A DNA stretch of 30,269 nt from positions 1-30,269 of the IMG/VR virus record IMGVR_UViG_3300020403_000053, one strand, 5' to 3'. The notes under the pieces are model-generated. The model was not told the origin of the DNA, ran no database searches, and worked only from the letters and a program-made list of their open reading frames with translations. This DNA comes from a virus. Lineage: Duplodnaviria; Caudoviricetes. Shown piece by piece: positions 24,167 through 30,269 of this stretch (the stretch's first letter is position 1; the number at the start of each line of letters is the position of its first letter). The translations under genes and the position numbers were made by a program.

Positions 24167-25434
24167 ACGATAGCTGGGAAGTAATAGAACATAATTACAA
24201 GCCCAGAGAGTTAGCGAGAGATTTTCACAACCGTAAAGAACGGTTTGCTATTATTGTAGCTCATAGACGTTTTGGTAAGACTGTAGCTGCTGTAAACGAC
24301 TTGATACAGTCATGCTTTGAAATAGATCAGCCTAATGTCCGGGTGGCGTACATAGCACCATATCTTAGCCAGGCCAAAGCTGTAGCCTGGGATTATGCTC
24401 TAGAATACACACAAGATATACCATTTATAAAAGTAAATCATTCGGAGTTAAGAATAGATTTTCCTAACGGATCTAGATTTAGATTATTTGGTGCAGACAA
24501 TTACCTGGCACTCCGGGGTCTAATGTTCGATCATGTTGTGCTAGATGAGTTTGCTGACTTTCCGGTATCAGCTTATCCTAGTGTTATCAGGCCAGCTACA
24601 GTAGATCGTAAAGGCAAGATAACAATGATCGGCACACCAAAAGGCCGCAATGAATTTTATGAAATGTACGAATATGCAAAGACACACCCGGATTGGTATT
24701 GTCGAATGTTTAAGGCATCAGAGACAGATATATTGGACCCGGAAGAGTTAGCAGAAGCAAAACGAACAATGGGTGATGATAGGTATGAGGCAGAGTTTGA
24801 GTGTTCTTTTGAAAGTGCGATAGTTGGTGCTTACTATGCTGTAGAAATGAAAGAAGCTATGGCAGACGGTAGAATTACAACCGTACCTTATGACCCGGCT
24901 GTAGGTGTAACGGTCTCATGGGACCTGGGTATTGGTGACAGTACAGCGTTATTCTTTGCACAATTTGTAGGCCAAGAGATAAGAATAATTCGATATTATG
25001 AAAGTTCAGGTGTTGGTTTAGATCACTATGCAAAAAAACTAACGGAGTTTGGCTACCATTATTCTGAGCATATTTTACCGCACGATGTGCAAGTAAGGGA
25101 GTTAGGAACAGGAAAGTCCAGACTAGAAACATTAGAGGCGCTGGGTGTAAGAAACATTACGATAGCGCCAAGGTTAAGTGTTGATGATGGAATACAAGCA
25201 GCCCGGTCTATGATTGCCAGGTGTTGGTTTGATGAGGAAAACGTAGGTAGAGGTTTAGAATGTTTACGGCAATATCGCCGGGAATTTGATGAAAGATTAA
25301 AAACCTGGAGGGGTAGACCGTTGCATGATTATACCTCACATGCAGCAGATAGTTTTAGATATTTAGCAGTGGGTCACCAGCCAGAAACAAATTGGGGTGA
25401 ACCGTTAAGAAGGAATTTGCGTGGCATAGCATAA
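24154..25434 (+). CDS. terL: Terminase large subunit
   Basis: Walker A HRRFGKT, Walker B VVLDEFAD, coupling motif IGTPKG, nuclease motifs SWDLG and HAADSFRY. Confidence 0.95.
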   Translation: MAEVDDSWEVIEHNYKPRELARDFHNRKERFAIIVAHRRFGKTVAAVNDLIQSCFEIDQPNVRVAYIAPYLSQAKAVAWDYALEYTQDIPFIKVNHSELRIDFPNGSRFRLFGADNYLALRGLMFDHVVLDEFADFPVSAYPSVIRPATVDRKGKITMIGTPKGRNEFYEMYEYAKTHPDWYCRMFKASETDILDPEELAEAKRTMGDDRYEAEFECSFESAIVGAYYAVEMKEAMADGRITTVPYDPAVGVTVSWDLGIGDSTALFFAQFVGQEIRIIRYYESSGVGLDHYAKKLTEFGYHYSEHILPHDVQVRELGTGKSRLETLEALGVRNITIAPRLSVDDGIQAARSMIARCWFDEENVGRGLECLRQYRREFDERLKTWRGRPLHDYTSHAADSFRYLAVGHQPETNWGEPLRRNLRGIA

Positions 25435-25469
25435 TGTGCTAGGGTGGCAGAAAATAGGAGTTTTTGCGA

Positions 25470-25649
25470 ATGCCTAGAAAGAAAAAGCGCGGTCTATACG
25501 ACAATATAAATGCTAAAAGACGTAGAATAAAAGCAGGAAGCGGAGAACGCATGAGGGGGCCTGGTGAAAAAGGCAGACCAACTGCAAAAAACTTTCGAGA
25601 TGCTGCAAAGACTGCAAAGAAACCTAAAAAGAAGAAGGGGAAGAAGTAA
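25470..25649 (+). CDS. Small, highly basic protein
   Basis: AGGAG 9 nt before ATG 25470; GLYDNINAKRRRIKAGSGERMR. Confidence 0.75.
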   Translation: MPRKKKRGLYDNINAKRRRIKAGSGERMRGPGEKGRPTAKNFRDAAKTAKKPKKKKGKK

Positions 25650-25696
25650 TGCCAGGTTCACATTATGGAAAAAAGAAAAAAGGACGTAAGAAGTAA
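25649..25696 (+). CDS. 15-aa basic peptide (not in ORF track)
   Basis: MPGSHYGKKKKGRKK; TAATG-coupled at both ends. Confidence 0.55.
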   Translation: MPGSHYGKKKKGRKK

Positions 25697-26631
25697 TGCC
25701 ACACGTTTCTGGACACAATCCGGGTAGTAGTGGTATACCAAAATCACTAAGGCCAAGAGTTAGACCGAAGACAGTCCCAGGTCCTGCATTTCCTAAAAAT
25801 GATAATCCTGTTGCAAGGCAGGGTGGCGGCGGTGGCCCAAAAGGTGGTGGTCCAGCTAGAATAGATCCTACTACAGAAGTAGGGCAAAGTTTTGTTCAAA
25901 AATATAATACAGATGGCCGTTATGGTTATTATAATACTAATCCTAATCACGAAAAATATGCATTAGGTGAATATGTCCCTGCATTCAGGGATATGATGGA
26001 TGGCGGTGGTTATGATACTAACGACACGTTTTTTAAAGGCGCTGGTCCAATTTCAGCATTACTAAATGTTGCAAAGATTAGGCCATATGGTCAAAGCGAA
26101 ACACCAAGAGAGCAAATAGGTTTTAGAGATTTTACTGATATGACTGATCGCGGTGGACCCCAGCATAGTGGTGGTGAGTTTGAAGGTGGTGGTATGATTA
26201 GTATGGCTGGCAATCTAATGGATAAATTGTCAGGCCGGGAAGCTACGCCAAAAACTAGATACTATGAAGGACCACAATCAGTAGGATTAATGAAAACTCA
26301 ACCAGTAGCATCAGCAACAGTAGTTAATACTAACCCAAATCCACAAGAGTTAAGTATGGTTCCATTTAATAATGTTACTCCACTTACCCAGTATAACACT
26401 GCTGATATGATGACTTCGCCTGATGAGTTAACAATACCAATGATGAATAATATGTCAGCAGCCGCTGTTGATACGATAGGTGTATCGGAAACACCGCAGC
26501 AAAGATTAGAAAGATTTAATCGTTTAATGCTAACTGTCCCGGATGATGTATCAGTAGATGACCATTCAAGATATATGGATTATATACTAGAGCAAAATGG
26601 TACGTTGCCATATGCAGAATACTCCAGGTAA
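25696..26631 (+). CDS. Hypothetical Gly/Pro/Met-rich protein
   Basis: 311 aa; internal repeat FRDMMDGGG..F.GAG / FRDFTDMTDRGG..FEGGG. Confidence 0.75.
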   Translation: MPHVSGHNPGSSGIPKSLRPRVRPKTVPGPAFPKNDNPVARQGGGGGPKGGGPARIDPTTEVGQSFVQKYNTDGRYGYYNTNPNHEKYALGEYVPAFRDMMDGGGYDTNDTFFKGAGPISALLNVAKIRPYGQSETPREQIGFRDFTDMTDRGGPQHSGGEFEGGGMISMAGNLMDKLSGREATPKTRYYEGPQSVGLMKTQPVASATVVNTNPNPQELSMVPFNNVTPLTQYNTADMMTSPDELTIPMMNNMSAAAVDTIGVSETPQQRLERFNRLMLTVPDDVSVDDHSRYMDYILEQNGTLPYAEYSR

Positions 26632-26901
26632 ATGAGTGAAAAGAAGAAAGATAGCCGCCTCAAACGTGCTGGTGTTAGTGGTTACAACAAACCAAAAAGG
26701 ACGCCAAATCACCCTACTAAATCACATGTGGTTGTTGCAAAAGAGGGCAGCAAAGTCAAAACTATTCGCTTTGGTCAACAGGGCAAGACAGGCGATAAAA
26801 CTATGACAAAAAGAGCTAAGTCATTTAAGGCAAGACACGCAAAAAATATCGCTAAAGGCAAAATGTCGGCGGCTTATTGGGCAAACAAGGTTAAGTGGTA
26901 A
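26632..26901 (+). CDS. Small basic phage protein
   Basis: GYNKPKRTPNHPTKSHVV, IRFGQQG, SFKARH and SAAYWANKVKW motifs recalled from a widespread phage family. Confidence 0.8.
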   Translation: MSEKKKDSRLKRAGVSGYNKPKRTPNHPTKSHVVVAKEGSKVKTIRFGQQGKTGDKTMTKRAKSFKARHAKNIAKGKMSAAYWANKVKW

Positions 26902-28346
26902 TGTCAGTATCAGACGAGTTAAGATCGTTAAGACAAAATGCTAGTATCTTTAGAGGTCTGTTTAATTTTATAAAAGAAAACGAGCAAGACTTAGCAAATC
27001 GTAACAGGCGTCCAGTGTTAGGTGGTTTGTTTTCAAAAGAGCCTGTTTATGGGACAGATACAATTGAATATGAAGGTATAGGGCCGTTCTTAGCAAATTT
27101 AGTGGAGCCTGTTGCAAGAGCTATAGATGCTCCACAAGCAGCAGCGCAAGGATTAATACCACCAGAGGACATGACAGGAGAAGCTTTTAATGTAGCTGGC
27201 ACTGCAATGTTTGGGGGTGGTTTAGTTCCTGGGATAGATGATGCGGTTATTGCAGCAAACAGAGCAAAATTTGGTGGTTTATTAAATCCATTAATTGACG
27301 ATGAAGTAAAGAGGGTTAATAAAATAGAATTAGACCCGGCAATGCTAAGTGAACAAAAACTACCAACTTATGTAGAGCGAATACCTTTTACTACAGAAAA
27401 ATCACCTAGTGAAATGATGCCTGTCATTGAACGTGATATATCAGAATTTAAAGGTAGCCTGTTAACCCCGGCATATGGTGATAGAACCTACGGAGGTAAA
27501 GTCCTTACGCATATTGGTGGTATAGAGCTTACAAAGCCTGTCGAAATGCAGGGTGGTCACGATTTTATGAGGTATCTAAACACTGGATTATGGGCTTCTG
27601 AGAAAGGAGCAATGGAAAAAAAGGCTAAATTTTATGATAAGTTAATTGAAGAGGGTGCAGATCCTCTTATGATTTATACAGCAATGGGCGGTCAGTCAGC
27701 AGATTTCTCACATCACATGTCAGATGCTATGATGGGTTTAATCGAACAATCACCTATATCTAAAAAAGCAGCAAAAAAGTTTGATGATTTCGTAAAAAAC
27801 ACAGGTAACAAGTACGATAAAAAAATTACACCAGGTGACAAGAAGTGGCCTGGCATTTTAAGCCCAGATGCTAGACGTTATTTGTTAGAAAATATGACAG
27901 GGACAAATAGACGTTTGTTATGGCAGGAAATGGATAAAAAAAGCTATCTTGAAGATGGTTTTCCTTTTGTTGGTGCAGTCCGGGCAGCTATAACAGATCC
28001 TTCATTGCAAAGAACACCTTACTTTGCCACAGGGCAATCAATTGGTAGAGCTAGAGGTGGTGGATTACTATCTATGGATGATGCAAAATATGGAAACTAC
28101 GGTGGTGTGATGCCGCATAAAAGTTATGACAGTCAGATAGAAGGTGATTATCTTGGAAAGCTTGTGGAAAATGTTCCAGCAGAATTAATTTTTAGAGACT
28201 TTTTTAATGCTAGGAGAAACGCTGGAATAGCTACTTCTGGTGATCAAAGATCATTTATGATGTCACCTTACATTGCACAAAGAGTAGACAACCAAATGAT
28301 TGATGAGGTAAGTCAATACTTAGAAAATTTGCGAAGAGGTTATTAA
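26901..28346 (+). CDS. Hypothetical protein (~480 aa)
   Basis: Long ORF; TAATG-coupled start at 26901 preferred over 26895. Confidence 0.75.
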   Translation: MSVSDELRSLRQNASIFRGLFNFIKENEQDLANRNRRPVLGGLFSKEPVYGTDTIEYEGIGPFLANLVEPVARAIDAPQAAAQGLIPPEDMTGEAFNVAGTAMFGGGLVPGIDDAVIAANRAKFGGLLNPLIDDEVKRVNKIELDPAMLSEQKLPTYVERIPFTTEKSPSEMMPVIERDISEFKGSLLTPAYGDRTYGGKVLTHIGGIELTKPVEMQGGHDFMRYLNTGLWASEKGAMEKKAKFYDKLIEEGADPLMIYTAMGGQSADFSHHMSDAMMGLIEQSPISKKAAKKFDDFVKNTGNKYDKKITPGDKKWPGILSPDARRYLLENMTGTNRRLLWQEMDKKSYLEDGFPFVGAVRAAITDPSLQRTPYFATGQSIGRARGGGLLSMDDAKYGNYGGVMPHKSYDSQIEGDYLGKLVENVPAELIFRDFFNARRNAGIATSGDQRSFMMSPYIAQRVDNQMIDEVSQYLENLRRGY

Positions 28347-28347
28347 A

Positions 28348-28968
28348 ATGGCGCTAAATACATATGCAAATTTAAAAACAGCTATTGCTGATTTTCTTAA
28401 TAGAGATGATTTAACAAGCTCAATAGATGATTTTATTGATTTGGCAGAAGCTCAAATGAACCGGGAGATCCGTCATTGGGACATGGAAAAAAGAGCTACT
28501 GCTGTTTTAAATACACAATACACTGCATTGCCGAACGATTTTGTAGAACCAATTAGATTTATGATCACAGATGGTAATACTTCAACCGTAGAAGGTGTAA
28601 GCAGTCATGAAATAGCCAGGCTTCGGATGACTAATAATAACGCCACTGGTAGACCGCAAAACTATGCTATTATTGATGGTTCTATTGAGGTGTGGCCTTC
28701 CCCGGATGCTTCATACACTTTAGAAATGGCATACTATGAAAAGATAGATAGCCTAAATAATTCAACTACATCTAACTGGATATTAACACGATTTCCTGAT
28801 GCATATTTGTATGGTTCGTTAATTCATTCGGCTCCATACTTAGCAGATGACCAAAGAATACAAACCTGGTCAGCATTGTATTTGAAGGCAATTAGTGATA
28901 TTAATTCAGAGAATGAAAGATCTAAGTTAGGTGGTACGGGTCAGCGCATCAAGATAAGGAGTTACTGA
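28348..28968 (+). CDS. Head-tail adaptor protein
   Basis: TYANLKTAIADFLNRDDLT..IDDFIDLAEA and NWILTRFPDAYLYGSL. Confidence 0.8.
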   Translation: MALNTYANLKTAIADFLNRDDLTSSIDDFIDLAEAQMNREIRHWDMEKRATAVLNTQYTALPNDFVEPIRFMITDGNTSTVEGVSSHEIARLRMTNNNATGRPQNYAIIDGSIEVWPSPDASYTLEMAYYEKIDSLNNSTTSNWILTRFPDAYLYGSLIHSAPYLADDQRIQTWSALYLKAISDINSENERSKLGGTGQRIKIRSY

Positions 28969-29339
28969 TGGCAAGTATAGCAGACAGAATACTGGATAAC
29001 GGATTGACGGTACTCGACACAGAGGCCAACAGGTTTGACATTACAAGCCAAGAAGCAACAACATATGCAGAGGCCACATCAACATATACTTTAGGCAATA
29101 CAACCAGCATTAGTATAGGTTCACCAGCCGACAGGACGGGCGGAGGACGTAAAGTGACTTTGGCGGCAATCAGCGATGCTTCTGTGACAGGCACAGGAAC
29201 AGCAACACATTTTGCAATTACAGATACGTCAAACAGTAGGTTGTTAGTGACAGGCGCTTTAAATGCTTCTCAGTCTGTTAACAGTGGTAACTTATTCGAT
29301 ATATCTGCATTAGATATAGGCATACCAGATCCGAGCTAG
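28968..29339 (+). CDS. Virion structural / fibre-attachment protein
   Basis: 123 aa, Thr/Ser-rich beta protein, TGTATHFAITD motif. Confidence 0.65.
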   Translation: MASIADRILDNGLTVLDTEANRFDITSQEATTYAEATSTYTLGNTTSISIGSPADRTGGGRKVTLAAISDASVTGTGTATHFAITDTSNSRLLVTGALNASQSVNSGNLFDISALDIGIPDPS

Positions 29340-29342
29340 TAG

Positions 29343-29681
29343 ATGGTAAAAGTAGCAGACAGAGTAAAGGTCACAACGACTACGACAGGCACAGGCACGA
29401 TTACGTTGGGCAATGCTGTCACTGGATTTAGGACTTTTGCAAATGGCGGTGTAAGTGATGGTGACAGTGTGCGTTACGTTATAGAAAGCGGAAACGACTA
29501 CGAGATTGGCACTGGCACATATACGCATAGTGGCACAACTCTAAGCAGAACCTTAACGTCTAGCTCCACGGGTTCTTTGTTAAATCTTTCTGGTACATCA
29601 ACAGTTTTTATTACACTGGCGGCAGATGACTTTGATGCTCGTGCGGCGGTTCCAGTAGCTATGGCGATTGCGTTAGGATAG
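29343..29681 (+). CDS. Tail fibre N-terminal-type protein
   Basis: [33 protein letters not shown] and C-terminal AMAIALG. Confidence 0.7.
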   Translation: MVKVADRVKVTTTTTGTGTITLGNAVTGFRTFANGGVSDGDSVRYVIESGNDYEIGTGTYTHSGTTLSRTLTSSSTGSLLNLSGTSTVFITLAADDFDARAAVPVAMAIALG

Positions 29682-29684
29682 AAA

Positions 29685-30017
29685 ATGGCAAACACGTTTA
29701 AAAGAAAACTAAGCAGAAACATAGGAACATCTGCAACGGCTGTAGGCAGTTACACGGTGGCAGCTTCTACGCAAACAACCATTATTGGCCTTACTTGTTC
29801 TAACAGTACAACGGCAGCTATTACAGTAGATGTTGCGCTAAATGATGGGTCTAATGATCACTTCATGGTTAAAACCGCAACAGTGCCTAGTGGTGGCTCT
29901 CTGGTCGTAGTTGGTGGTGATCAAAAAGTCGTTATGGAAACTGGTGATAGCGTAAAAGTTACGTCTAGCGCGGCGTCATCTTGCGATGTCATTATGAGCA
30001 TTTTGGAGATTACCTAA
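29685..30017 (+). CDS. Tail fibre-associated beta protein
   Basis: MANTFK...QKVVMETGD...SILEIT; this type usually follows AIALG-ending genes in marine phages. Confidence 0.7.
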   Translation: MANTFKRKLSRNIGTSATAVGSYTVAASTQTTIIGLTCSNSTTAAITVDVALNDGSNDHFMVKTATVPSGGSLVVVGGDQKVVMETGDSVKVTSSAASSCDVIMSILEIT

Positions 30018-30269
30018 TGGGTAAGTCTAAAGATTTAGCTACACTCAAAGACAGTGGTTTATCTATTGATGGTACACTAACGACTACAAGCACAGGTACA
30101 AACCTTACTTCAAATTCTTATAATGTAGTTAAGATACAAACCGATAAAGATGATAATGGGTCAAATGATGATGCCATTCTTCAATTTACAAATGGTAGCT
30201 CAAACACTGTTAAGGGTGAATTACGTTATGATGAGTCTGAAAGTATGTTTGAGATTGGGCATGGAGACA
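30017..30269 (+). CDS. Tail fibre protein, 5' part (runs off window)
   Basis: TAATG-coupled; MGKSKDLATLKDSGLSIDGTLTTT... open to the window end. Confidence 0.7.
   Translation, partial: MGKSKDLATLKDSGLSIDGTLTTTSTGTNLTSNSYNVVKIQTDKDDNGSNDDAILQFTNGSSNTVKGELRYDESESMFEIGHGD

Noticed and set aside
1-30269. CRISPR array, integrase/att site, IS element, reverse transcriptase/DGR, DNA polymerase, methyltransferase
   Set aside because: No regularly spaced repeats or diagnostic motifs seen. Such genes could lie in the part of the genome outside the window.

Overview
Most of a tailed-phage genome (about 40% GC by eye), probably a marine P22-like podovirus of an alphaproteobacterial host (inference). 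The window begins and ends in tail-fibre/adhesin genes, so it reads as circularly permuted. Plus strand 1-16107: adhesin end, nozzle-like protein, ejection proteins, portal, scaffold, capsid, and lysis genes with a GH19 endolysin. Minus strand 16376-22111: small early ORFs and a Sak/SSB/nuclease cluster, with rusA inverted inside it. Plus strand 22180-30269: Cro-like HTH, replication initiator with internal iterons, TerS/TerL, small basic proteins, adaptor and tail genes. I saw no integrase, polymerase, tRNA or CRISPR array. Best candidates for new biology: (1) a roughly 75-nt minus-strand sRNA at 22.4 kb whose linker is complementary to the ribosome-binding regions of several early genes, which also share a TTGTAGC promoter box; (2) two tandem structured RNAs after the endolysin; (3) a nozzle protein with a nested insertion of three telescoped repeats and a cupredoxin-like domain with a full type-1 copper ligand set. 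All family calls are motif recognition by eye, not database results.
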